In this document: piece by piece, positions 8,508-17,214 of the stretch
How the letters are laid out: each line of letters begins with the position of its first letter
Position numbering within the stretch: position 1 is the first letter of the stretch
NCBI GenBank assembly: GCA_044373665.1
Contig: JBIPNH010000006.1
Location: 1-51,769, forward strand
Length of the DNA stretch: 51,769 nucleotides
Direction: 5' to 3'
Origin: Bacteroidia bacterium
Lineage (GTDB): Bacteria > Bacteroidota > Bacteroidia > NS11-12g > UBA955
Notes under the pieces: model-generated
The model's database searches: none
Seen by the model: only the letters and a program-made list of their open reading frames with translations
What the model was told of the DNA's origin: nothing
Program-made: the position numbers and the translations under genes

Positions 8508-11432
8508 TTAGTACCCGAAAATTTCTTCTAAAGTTAACGATTTGAATTCGCCATATTGACGTAAATCAGCTTCTTTGATTTTATCTTTAGAGCCCACAAC
8601 TGCCATCGACCATTTGGCATTTTTTACAGCTTGTTCATGCAATTGCTTAATGTCATTAAAGGTCATTTTTTGGATTGATTCATAAACCATTTTTCTGTAA
8701 TCATAGTCAATACCCATGTCAATAGCGCTTAAATATCTAAAGAATAAGTTGGTTTTATTAATACGTTCGGCTTCTATTGAACTTAAAATAGAGGCTTTGG
8801 CTTGGTTAAAACTTTCTTCATTCTCAGGCATATTACTTAGCAATCCATTCATGGTTTTAATGGCATCGTGTAACTTGTCTGCTTGCGTACCAACATAAGC
8901 TATCAATAAGTCGTTTTTGCCTTTTTCCATCGATTGATTGTAGTAGGCATAAGTAGAGTAGGCCAAGGCACGAGATTCTCTGATTTCCTGAAAAACAACA
9001 CTGCTCATACCACCACCAAAATACTCATTGAATGCTTTAATAGCAGGGATTTGATTGATGTTAAACTCACCCAATGAACTGCGCCAATTGATTTCAGCTT
9101 GTACCATTTCATAGTGGGTAAAGTACACCATGTTTTTGGTTTGAACTTGTGGTTTAAACACAATAGCCGGAGGAATAACAAGAAACTGTTTTGGAACAAC
9201 GTGAAGTTGAGTTATGGTTTGGGTTGCCATCGTTTTTTCCTCAGGACCGTAATAAAAAATGTGGTGCTTGTATTGGTTCAAACTTTTAATAATACTGATT
9301 AATTCAGTTGCAGTAAGTGCATTTAACTCAGCGTTATTCAGTAAGTATGTTCTTGGATTGTTTTTGCCGTAAAGCGCATAAGTGCTCAATGCAGAAGCAA
9401 TTGCTCTTTTGTTAAGTTTTTCGTCTTCTCTCGATTTTTTAATGCTCGCAATGTAATCTTTTAAAGCTTGATTGTCTCCTTTAGCATTACTCAATAAATG
9501 CTCGAATAGGGTTAATGCTTCTTTAAAGTTTTGTTGAGGACCGCTTAAGTAAATGTAACTTCTTTTATCTCCTGCAGAAACACCATAATTACAAGCCAAT
9601 TGGTAAAACTTTTTACTGATTTCGTCTGCTTTGTATTGGTCGGTTCCTATGTATTGCAAATACTCTATAGCAAGTGGCATTTTTTTGTTGTTAAAACGCC
9701 CCATGTCCAACACGTAATACAATGTAAACAACTGATTGTCTTCATTTTTTTTGTAATAAAAATCTAAACCAGCAATGTTTTCTTTTTGTAAATTTTGTTG
9801 GTAATTTACAAAAACTGGAAGCATAGAATCCGCTTCTTCGCTCAATAAATCATTAACAAACAAAGAGGTTTTGTCTCTGTTAAGCGCCACTTCTGTAATA
9901 GCAGGTTTTTCAATTTTTGCAATTTTAGGTTTTTCGCCAGTGCGTTTGTATATAACGGTGTAACCATTGTTGTAATATTCATTGGCAAAGTCCATTATTT
10001 CCTGTTTAGTTACAATGCTCATTTTGAAATTGTCATTCAACACATCAATCCATTTGCGGTCGGTTACAAAAGCATCTAATAAGGAATAAGCAACACTTTC
10101 ATACTGTTCATATTTCTTAATTTCATCTACCATATTATTGGTAATAATGCCTTTTAGTAATTCATCGTCAAATTCACCTTTTTTGATTTTTTCTATTTGT
10201 GATAAAAGCAGTTCTCTTAATTCCTCAAGCGACTGTCCTTGCTTAGGTGAACCGTAAAACAAATGAACGGAATAGTCTTTCATAAATTCAGGAGAACAAC
10301 CTGCATTCAATGCTTTTTGCTGTTTTACTAGGTTTAAATCTATCAAACCAGCTTTGCTATTACTTAATAACAAATCAATAACTCTAACCATCAAAGCCTC
10401 TCTGCTCGAAATACCATCAAAACGCCATCCCATCACTAGGCTTGCTTCATCTGGTCCTGTAATTGAAATGCTGTCAGGGCGACCTCTTGGATATTCAATG
10501 GGTGACTTGAATTCGGGAACTGTGGAAGGTTTCATGTAAGAAAAATGTTCGTCTATCATTTCTATTAACTCATCAGGATTAAAATCACCTACCATTATAA
10601 TTGCCATGTTATTAGGAACATAATAGGTGTTGTAATACTCTCTGATTTTGACCAAAGAAGGGTTTTTTAAATGATCAACTGTACCAATCGTTGTTTGAGT
10701 TCCATAAGGATGTTGGCGAAACAAACTGGCAAACAAGCCCTCGTAAACTTTGCTCATGTCGTTGTCCAATGAAATGTTTTTTTCTTCATAAACAGCTTCT
10801 AGTTCAGTGTGAAATAATCTAAAAACGGGTTGACGGTATCTCTCTGCTTCCAGTTGAACCCATTGGTGGATTCTGTTAGAAGGAATATTATTGACATACA
10901 CTGTTTGTTCTACACTTGTAAAAGCATTGGTGCCTTGTGCGCCTATTGATTGACAAACTTTATCGTATTCATTGGCAATGCTGAATTGTGAAGCTATGCT
11001 ACTGATGCTGTCTATCTGTCTGTAAATAGATGTTCTTAATTTTTCGTCTTTGGTTTGGTTGTATTTTTCATACAATTGGTCAATTTGCTTTAGATAAATA
11101 CTTTCTTTGGCATAATCTTGAGTGCCATATTGGTCGGTACCTTTAAACAAAAGGTGTTCCAAGTAGTGGGCTAATCCAGTATTGTCGGCAGGGTCGTTTT
11201 TACTACCTGCTTTTACAGCGATTAATGTTTGAACACGAGGCTGTTCTTTGTTTACAGATAAAATAACGGTTAGTCCATTGGGAAGGACATACCATCTTGC
11301 ACCTGTAGGGTCGTTTGCCACTTTGGTGTAAGTGTATTTACCATTAGTGGTTTTGCCGTAGGTAGAATAGCGGGTTTGTGAATTGACTTGAAAACCAAGC
11401 AATACAAAGCAGATTAATATAAATTTGTTCAT
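8508..11432 (-). CDS. M16 family (insulinase/pitrilysin-like) zinc metallopeptidase, secreted
   Basis: GLAHYLEHLLFKGT (HxxEH), NAFTS, and EIRESRALAYS in the C-terminal half; signal peptide. Confidence 0.93.
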   Translation of the reverse strand: MNKFILICFVLLGFQVNSQTRYSTYGKTTNGKYTYTKVANDPTGARWYVLPNGLTVILSVNKEQPRVQTLIAVKAGSKNDPADNTGLAHYLEHLLFKGTDQYGTQDYAKESIYLKQIDQLYEKYNQTKDEKLRTSIYRQIDSISSIASQFSIANEYDKVCQSIGAQGTNAFTSVEQTVYVNNIPSNRIHQWVQLEAERYRQPVFRLFHTELEAVYEEKNISLDNDMSKVYEGLFASLFRQHPYGTQTTIGTVDHLKNPSLVKIREYYNTYYVPNNMAIIMVGDFNPDELIEMIDEHFSYMKPSTVPEFKSPIEYPRGRPDSISITGPDEASLVMGWRFDGISSREALMVRVIDLLLSNSKAGLIDLNLVKQQKALNAGCSPEFMKDYSVHLFYGSPKQGQSLEELRELLLSQIEKIKKGEFDDELLKGIITNNMVDEIKKYEQYESVAYSLLDAFVTDRKWIDVLNDNFKMSIVTKQEIMDFANEYYNNGYTVIYKRTGEKPKIAKIEKPAITEVALNRDKTSLFVNDLLSEEADSMLPVFVNYQQNLQKENIAGLDFYYKKNEDNQLFTLYYVLDMGRFNNKKMPLAIEYLQYIGTDQYKADEISKKFYQLACNYGVSAGDKRSYIYLSGPQQNFKEALTLFEHLLSNAKGDNQALKDYIASIKKSREDEKLNKRAIASALSTYALYGKNNPRTYLLNNAELNALTATELISIIKSLNQYKHHIFYYGPEEKTMATQTITQLHVVPKQFLVIPPAIVFKPQVQTKNMVYFTHYEMVQAEINWRSSLGEFNINQIPAIKAFNEYFGGGMSSVVFQEIRESRALAYSTYAYYNQSMEKGKNDLLIAYVGTQADKLHDAIKTMNGLLSNMPENEESFNQAKASILSSIEAERINKTNLFFRYLSAIDMGIDYDYRKMVYESIQKMTFNDIKQLHEQAVKNAKWSMAVVGSKDKIKEADLRQYGEFKSLTLEEIFGY

Positions 11433-11534
11433 TTTGATGAATAAAAAAGGATTTCAAAAATAGATAAAAAATAAGGTTTTGAAAATTAATTTACAGAGAA
11501 TTACGCTCGTTTATCTAAAATTGCTCACTTGAGA

Positions 11535-11963
11535 TTACAGTTTTTTTAGCATTTTTGAGTGTGGAATGCCCACTTCCATAAATTCACTTCCTTCAATGCT
11601 ATAATTGAGCTTTAGATAAAACGGAACTGCTGTTTGTCGGGCATTGAGTTCCATTGTTTTATAACCATTGTCACGTGCCCATTTTTCGGCATACACCACC
11701 ATTTCTTTGCCTACACCCATGTTCTGAAATTCGTTTTTTACAGCAACTTGTCTCATTTTAAGGGTATGGTCAGCGCTGTTTCTTAATAACAAAACCCCTG
11801 CAAGTTGAGTGTTAAGGTAACAGCCTATGTGCACTTGAGAGGATTCTTGTTCCAATTCCTCATTGGTAAAATCCAAACCCAATGGTGTTCTTAATATTTC
11901 CCTTCTCAACTGAATAGAGTTTTTTTGTTCGGGACCACCAAAGGAAAGTATTTCGCAACGCAT
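11535..11963 (-). CDS. GNAT family N-acetyltransferase
   Basis: MRQVAV...FQNMGVG acetyl-CoA loop; LNARQTAVPFYLKLNY; EVGIPH. A TAATTTTG box lies upstream (11980-11987, minus strand). Confidence 0.9.
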   Translation of the reverse strand: MRCEILSFGGPEQKNSIQLRREILRTPLGLDFTNEELEQESSQVHIGCYLNTQLAGVLLLRNSADHTLKMRQVAVKNEFQNMGVGKEMVVYAEKWARDNGYKTMELNARQTAVPFYLKLNYSIEGSEFMEVGIPHSKMLKKL

Positions 11964-12094
11964 GAGTTTGTATAAAGAGCAAAATTACAAATAATAAAGT
12001 TAAAATAATCAATGTGAAATTATAATATGATACTAAATTTGGGAGATTATTACGAAATATTTCCAATTTGATGATTTTATAGTTTTATTTGTGA

Positions 12095-13201
12095 ATGACT
12101 TTTAAAGTATTTAAGTTTCTTTTCGTTGTCATTTGTTGTATTGTTTTTATGAATTGCAGTAATTCCAATAAATTAAATTCCAAAATTTATACCGATACAT
12201 TAGCAATAAGTGGATTTAATTCTTCAAGATTAGTTCAGTACAAAAGTGTTGCGGATACAAATTTTTTGGCTTTTTATGAAACAAAAACAAACCAAATTAA
12301 AGTTACAAATTTGGAGAATTTAAATTACTATATTATAACGCCTCATATGGATGAAAATAAACGTTTAAGAAGTTTTTATTTCCAAAATCTTGATACAATA
12401 ATTTTATTTTATGATGATGAAATACAATTGGTAAATATTAAAAATAAATTGATTGGTTTTACAAAGTATAAAAATGAATTTTTAATCGGAGAGACACCAT
12501 GTATTATTGATGATTATTTCGTTTATAGTAATATTTTTTATCTTTCTGATAAACAATCTATAATTGCAATGGCACATCCCTATTTAAGTTATTGGACCAA
12601 CGATTTTTTTAAGTATCCAATTGAAGTTGAAATTAGTTTAAAGGATGGAAGTGTTAAACCACTTAACAATATCAAATATCCAAATCAATACCAACAAAGT
12701 AACTATGGGAATGCTTTCTTTTTTGATAGATTTTTTGATGGTTCATCAATCTATTATTCTTTTCAGGCATCTGATAAAATATTGGAATACAATACTAAAA
12801 CTAGTAACACTTCTTTTTATGAATCAAAATCCTATGTAGAATTCCTTGGAGAAGTTGAACCATTTAATACGAAATTCAAAGAAGATATGAATATTGTAAC
12901 GCTACATTTGGTAAATAACCCAACTTATCTCGACATATTTAAAGATACTTTTAAGAATGTATATTACAGGTTTGCATATACTGCGGCCAAAAATAAAGGG
13001 TTAAATGCTAAATATGAAGATAAAGAATTATACTTGTTCATCCTTAATAATAAATTTGAGGTTTTGGATAAAGTATTAATTAAAGATAAGGTTGTTTTTG
13101 GTTCATCATTTGTAACCAAAAAAGGTTTTTATATTCCAAAATTTAATGAAAAAAATACCAATATTACTGAATTTAAGGTTATTGATTTTACTAGTCTTTA
13201 G
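12095..13201 (+). CDS. Putative beta-propeller lipoprotein (DUF4221-like)
   Basis: Lipobox-like CIVFMNC; motifs YPNQY...YG, IYYSFQASD, IFKD..KNVYYRF and ILNNKFEV recall DUF4221 proteins; very AT-rich. Confidence 0.55.
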   Translation: MTFKVFKFLFVVICCIVFMNCSNSNKLNSKIYTDTLAISGFNSSRLVQYKSVADTNFLAFYETKTNQIKVTNLENLNYYIITPHMDENKRLRSFYFQNLDTIILFYDDEIQLVNIKNKLIGFTKYKNEFLIGETPCIIDDYFVYSNIFYLSDKQSIIAMAHPYLSYWTNDFFKYPIEVEISLKDGSVKPLNNIKYPNQYQQSNYGNAFFFDRFFDGSSIYYSFQASDKILEYNTKTSNTSFYESKSYVEFLGEVEPFNTKFKEDMNIVTLHLVNNPTYLDIFKDTFKNVYYRFAYTAAKNKGLNAKYEDKELYLFILNNKFEVLDKVLIKDKVVFGSSFVTKKGFYIPKFNEKNTNITEFKVIDFTSL

Positions 13202-13586
13202 TTCTTGTAATTCAGCCGAAAAGATAGATTATAATGATTATTACAAAGGTCGTTTTGAGGCAATTTTAGAAGAATCTTTTATTAAATCAGATGATATAAA
13301 AACCAATCTGTTTATTATTCCTAAAACTCAATGTAATTCTTGTGATATTGGTACCTATGACATTGTTAAATCATATAAAAGCAAAATTAATAATGAGAGA
13401 TTTATATTGTTGTTTATTACAAATGATACTTTGAATTCTGATTTAATCAATGAATTTAAAAACACTTATAATTTCGAAGTTTATAAAATGAGTACAGAAG
13501 ATGCTCATAAAAAGAATTTATATTTTCTTGAGGCAATGTATTTGCAAATTCTTAATTCAAAAGTAATAGAATACAAAGTGCTTTAA
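13146..13586 (+). CDS. Hypothetical lipoprotein with a thioredoxin-like CxxC motif
   Basis: Lipobox LVFSSC; LFIIPKTQCNSCD; overlaps the upstream gene by 56 bp. Confidence 0.55.
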   Translation: MKKIPILLNLRLLILLVFSSCNSAEKIDYNDYYKGRFEAILEESFIKSDDIKTNLFIIPKTQCNSCDIGTYDIVKSYKSKINNERFILLFITNDTLNSDLINEFKNTYNFEVYKMSTEDAHKKNLYFLEAMYLQILNSKVIEYKVL

Positions 13587-13662
13587 TGAGTATCATAAAA
13601 ATTCTATTGTAATTTCATCGTTTTTTTGCACTTTTGAAACTTTAAAATCAATCATTCGACGC

Positions 13663-14865
13663 ATGAAAAAAAATTTATTGACCATTATTTGTCTCTCATT
13701 AACGCTTTCTCTTTTTGCTCAGGATACCATCCGAAATAAAAAAAATGGCGGCTATTTATTTAAAAAAATGGCTGAATTGGAAACCAATAGTGTGCAAGAC
13801 CAAAATAGAACAAGCACTTGTTGGAGTTTTTCTTCTTTGTCGTTTTTTGAAAGTGAATTGATTAGAATGGGTAAAGGGAAACACAATTTAAGCGAAATGT
13901 TTGTGGTGCGCAATGCATATGTTGGTAAAGCTGATATGTATGTGCGAATGATGGGCTTACATAATTTCGGTCCAGGTGGTGCTTTTCACGATTTGCCTTG
14001 GGTTATTCGCCGTTATGGTATCGTACCCGAAGAGGTTTACAAAGGTTTGAACTACGGCGTTGATAAACACAACCATGCCGAACTTGATGCCGTTTTGAAA
14101 GGAATTGTGGATGCCGTTAAAGACAATCCTCAAGGTAAACTTACTTCCGCTTGGAAAGGTGCTTTTGAAGGTGCTATTGATGCATACTTGGGAAAAATTC
14201 CCGAAAAATTTACTTACCAAGGTAAAGAATATACCCCCCTTACTTTTTCAAATTCTTTGGGTTTAAATATGGACGATTATGTGTCTTTAACTTCATTTAC
14301 TCACCATCCCTATTACACACAATTTGCCATTGAGGTACAAGACAATTGGGCCATGGTACAAAGCTATAATGTTACTTTAGACGATTTGCAAAATACTGCG
14401 GTTTATTCATTAAGCAAAGGTTACACTTGGGCTTGGGGTGCCGATGTCAGTGAAAAAGGATTTTCATTTAAAAACGGAGTAGCCATAGTGCCTACTCACG
14501 ATTCATTGATAGCGCAACACGGCAAAGACAGTAAAGGGTTTAACAATGCTGGTGCTGATAGAACAGGTGCTGCTTTTAACCAACCGATGCCCGAAAAAGA
14601 AATTACGCCTGCCATTCGTCAGGAAGCGTTTGATAATTACCAAACTACTGACGACCACGGCATGCATGCCACCGGATTATACACCGACCAATTAGGTTAT
14701 AATTATTTTAAAATTAAGAACAGTTGGGGTAGTGGCAATGATTGTCAAGGATACTTGTATTGCTCTATGCCGTATTTTAGACACAAAACAATCAATATTT
14801 ATTTGCATAAAAATGCTTTACCTAAAGAGTTGGCCAAAAAATTAGGCATAACCCAAACCAACTAA
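13663..14865 (+). CDS. pepC: Aminopeptidase C / bleomycin hydrolase-like cysteine peptidase (C1B)
   Basis: QNRTSTCWSFS (catalytic Cys), DDHGMH (His) and KNSWG (Asn); signal peptide. Confidence 0.9.
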   Translation: MKKNLLTIICLSLTLSLFAQDTIRNKKNGGYLFKKMAELETNSVQDQNRTSTCWSFSSLSFFESELIRMGKGKHNLSEMFVVRNAYVGKADMYVRMMGLHNFGPGGAFHDLPWVIRRYGIVPEEVYKGLNYGVDKHNHAELDAVLKGIVDAVKDNPQGKLTSAWKGAFEGAIDAYLGKIPEKFTYQGKEYTPLTFSNSLGLNMDDYVSLTSFTHHPYYTQFAIEVQDNWAMVQSYNVTLDDLQNTAVYSLSKGYTWAWGADVSEKGFSFKNGVAIVPTHDSLIAQHGKDSKGFNNAGADRTGAAFNQPMPEKEITPAIRQEAFDNYQTTDDHGMHATGLYTDQLGYNYFKIKNSWGSGNDCQGYLYCSMPYFRHKTINIYLHKNALPKELAKKLGITQTN

Positions 14866-14871
14866 TCGCCA

Positions 14872-15369
14872 TTGAAACTGATATTAGTACCGGCTATTTC
14901 GGACACAGAACTGGATGAACTTGCCCAATTGGCGGCGCAAATATGGTCGGCTTACTATCCGCCTATCATTGGGGAAGCACAGGTAAAGTACATGCTACAA
15001 AAGTTTTATTCTGCGGCTGCATTGCTTGAGCAAGTAAAAGAAGGACAACGTTTTTATTTGGTTAAAAGTCAAACGGAAACCTTAGGTTTTGTGGCTTTAA
15101 GCAGTCAGGAAGATTGGAGTGTTTTTATCAATAAGTTTTACTTAAAAATAGGCGAACAAAACAAAGGGTATGGCGAGCAAGTGTTTGATTTGATTAAAGA
15201 AAAACATCCACACAGCAAACTAACATTAACCGTGAATCGACAAAATTACAAAGCCATTAATTTTTACTTTAAATTAGGGTTCAAAATTCAAACCGTAGCC
15301 GATTTCGATATTGGGAATGGCTATGTGATGAACGATTTTGTGATGGTTTATGAGCCATTGAATGAGTGA
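14872..15369 (+). CDS. GNAT family N-acetyltransferase
   Basis: KFYL...QNKGYG; LTVNRQNYKAINFYFKLGF; DIGNGYVMNDFVM. Confidence 0.88.
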   Translation: MKLILVPAISDTELDELAQLAAQIWSAYYPPIIGEAQVKYMLQKFYSAAALLEQVKEGQRFYLVKSQTETLGFVALSSQEDWSVFINKFYLKIGEQNKGYGEQVFDLIKEKHPHSKLTLTVNRQNYKAINFYFKLGFKIQTVADFDIGNGYVMNDFVMVYEPLNE

Positions 15370-15519
15370 TTCTTTGCTTAGTAGATAAAGAAGGAAAAAA
15401 ATGCTTCAATAGTTTGTGATTTTTACAAAAGAATTTTAGAAAAAAATAATTATTGTTATAGTATTAAAAATGAAATAGTTGATTAATAAAAAGACACTTA
15501 TTGTGTGTAATGCGTTGAT

Positions 15520-15557
15520 TTAGATCTAATTAAATTTGTTTAATAGGCGAAAAGATC
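15520..15557 (+). promoter_or_regulatory. Promoter of the methyltransferase gene: -7 box flanked by two GATC sites
   Basis: TAAATTTG at 15531-15538; palindrome TTAGATCTAA at 15520-15529; second GATC at 15554-15557. Confidence 0.55.
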
Positions 15558-15575
15558 AAATATTTGTTCATTAAA

Positions 15576-16055
15576 ATGAATGTAAATTTTGAAAAATCAA
15601 TAAATACAACTGTTGAATGGTTGACGCCTCCTGAATTGGTTAAAAGTTTAGGTGAATTTGATTTAGATCCATGCACTCCATTAAATCCTCCATTTGTTCA
15701 TGCTAAGGTCAATTTCAATATAAAAGATGATGGATTGTCAAAAGAATGGTTCGGAAGAATTTATATGAATCCTCCCTATGGAAAAGGCATGGAAAAATGG
15801 ATTGAAAGGTTAAAAATTCATGGCAATGGAATTGCGCTAATTTTTGCAAGAACAGAAACTAAATGTTTTTTTAATCATATTTGGGATGATGCAGATGCTG
15901 TATTGTTTGTTAAAGGGCGAATAAAGTTTTATAATTTAGAAGGTAAACAAATGGGAACACCGGGAGCGCCGAGTATATTTATTGCATACGGAAAAAACAA
16001 TGCATTGGCATTAGAAAAGTCAGGTATACCAGGAAGGTTTATAATGTTAAAATAA
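15576..16055 (+). CDS. Phage-type DNA N6-adenine methyltransferase (Dam-like, PF05869-type)
   Basis: Motifs EWLTPP, FDLDPC, DGL..EW.G, catalytic MNPPY, IALIFARTET and VLFVKGRIKF. The ATG at 15576 is preferred over the track's TTG at 15564. Confidence 0.85.
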   Translation: MNVNFEKSINTTVEWLTPPELVKSLGEFDLDPCTPLNPPFVHAKVNFNIKDDGLSKEWFGRIYMNPPYGKGMEKWIERLKIHGNGIALIFARTETKCFFNHIWDDADAVLFVKGRIKFYNLEGKQMGTPGAPSIFIAYGKNNALALEKSGIPGRFIMLK

Positions 16056-16250
16056 TTCATGCAGAATAAATTCTGCTACATTATATTCAGCATCAATAAT
16101 CCAAGTGTTTTCTTTCAAAAGTTTAATGATTGCTTCATTTTCATTTAGAACATTTTCAACAATACCAAGAACCTGAAGGTTTTCCACTTCATAATCTGAA
16201 TTTGGCGCAATTGTTTGTCCCTCTTTTGTTAGGATAATATATTTTTTCAT
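16047..16250 (-). CDS. Small acidic hypothetical protein (67 aa) coupled to the PLD-wH gene
   Basis: ATGA start/stop overlap with the upstream PLD gene (16247-16250); its 3' end overlaps the MTase 3' end by 9 bp. Confidence 0.7.
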   Translation of the reverse strand: MKKYIILTKEGQTIAPNSDYEVENLQVLGIVENVLNENEAIIKLLKENTWIIDAEYNVAEFILHELF

Positions 16251-17041
16251 TTATAAAGTTTTTTGTAAAGACCTTTTCCTTTAAATTCAATTAGACCTAT
16301 GTCTCTTAAATATTGTAACTGTTGTCTTATTTTATCTTTTATGTGGTTATTTTCAGGATAAATTTTTTGTAATGTTTTTTCAAAGCTATTAATTTCATTT
16401 AGAGAAAATGTTTGACTTGGAATAGATTCTAAGCATTTATATACCTCTAATTTCCAACCTTTTAAAGAAGAATAAATAATGTTTTGTGGTATTTCTAAAA
16501 TGTCATTTTCAATTTCATCCGTATTGTTAATCAAACTTGGGTTAGAAATAGGTTGCATGGGTTGCATTTGAGACAAAATATTACGAACCCAATCAATATC
16601 TGTTTGTTTTATTTTACCCGTATTTTCATCATTTGATAATTGGTTATAATCTTTAACAACATCAGAAACTATGGATTTGTCATCTGTGTAAAAACCGTAT
16701 TCAAAATTATTAAGAAGTCCACCATTTGTTAAATTACTTGATGTTATTATTGCTTTTTCATCATCAAATAAATAAATTTTAGAGTGAAGTGATGTGTGAT
16801 TTTTAACGATACCTTTATTGCTAATTATATTTTCTAAACCATTTAAATCGAGAGAGCCAGAATGAATGTTATTTAATTTAAAAGAGGTTATCAATTCAAA
16901 TTTGGTGTCTTTTTTCTTAATTTTTAATAACTCATTGCAAATATTTTCTTTGACAAATGGTGACGTAATTTTGATGGATTTTTTGGATTCAAAAACCAAG
17001 TCCATTAATTCCGTTTTCCAAGGTGTTTTTATAATTCTCAT
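16247..17041 (-). CDS. PLD-family nuclease fused to a DpnI-type winged-helix domain (putative m6A-dependent type IV restriction endonuclease)
   Basis: Single HKD motif LHSKIYLFD...ITSSNLT.GGL.NNFE, with N-terminal ITSPF. The C-terminus FSLNEINSFE..L...YPENNHIKDKIRQQLQYLRDIGLIEF.GKGLY matches the DpnI C-terminal (Dam-replacing HTH) consensus. Confidence 0.85.
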   Translation of the reverse strand: MRIIKTPWKTELMDLVFESKKSIKITSPFVKENICNELLKIKKKDTKFELITSFKLNNIHSGSLDLNGLENIISNKGIVKNHTSLHSKIYLFDDEKAIITSSNLTNGGLLNNFEYGFYTDDKSIVSDVVKDYNQLSNDENTGKIKQTDIDWVRNILSQMQPMQPISNPSLINNTDEIENDILEIPQNIIYSSLKGWKLEVYKCLESIPSQTFSLNEINSFEKTLQKIYPENNHIKDKIRQQLQYLRDIGLIEFKGKGLYKKLYK

Positions 17042-17214
17042 CTACCAGTTCAATTTTTGCTTCGATTCAAACATAAACATATTTCAAGCAATTTTCAAAT
17101 GAATTTTAATTTTGATTCTTCGTTATGTGTTTTCACGATTACAATATTTAGAGTCATTGAGCGTTATTCTATCAATGAAAATAAAGCTACATGAATCTTT
17201 AATTTTTAATAGTC

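Noticed and set aside
4552-10539. Antisense or alternative-frame ORFs inside exbD, exbB, radA and the M16 peptidase
   Set aside because: Fully nested in well-identified genes; typical antisense open frames.
11860-12066. 68-aa minus-strand ORF overlapping the GNAT start
   Set aside because: It runs across the GNAT promoter box and AT-rich intergenic DNA; the hydrophobicity is explained by base composition.
15576-17041. Ordinary type II R-M system or prophage remnant
   Set aside because: The nuclease carries a methyl-reader wH domain rather than a type II recognition domain, and no integrase, structural or replication phage genes are nearby. A conventional R-M role is not fully excluded without assays.
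16866-17102. 78-aa plus-strand ORF antisense to the PLD-wH gene
   Set aside because: Antisense shadow with no motif or clear promoter; not counted as a fourth islet gene.
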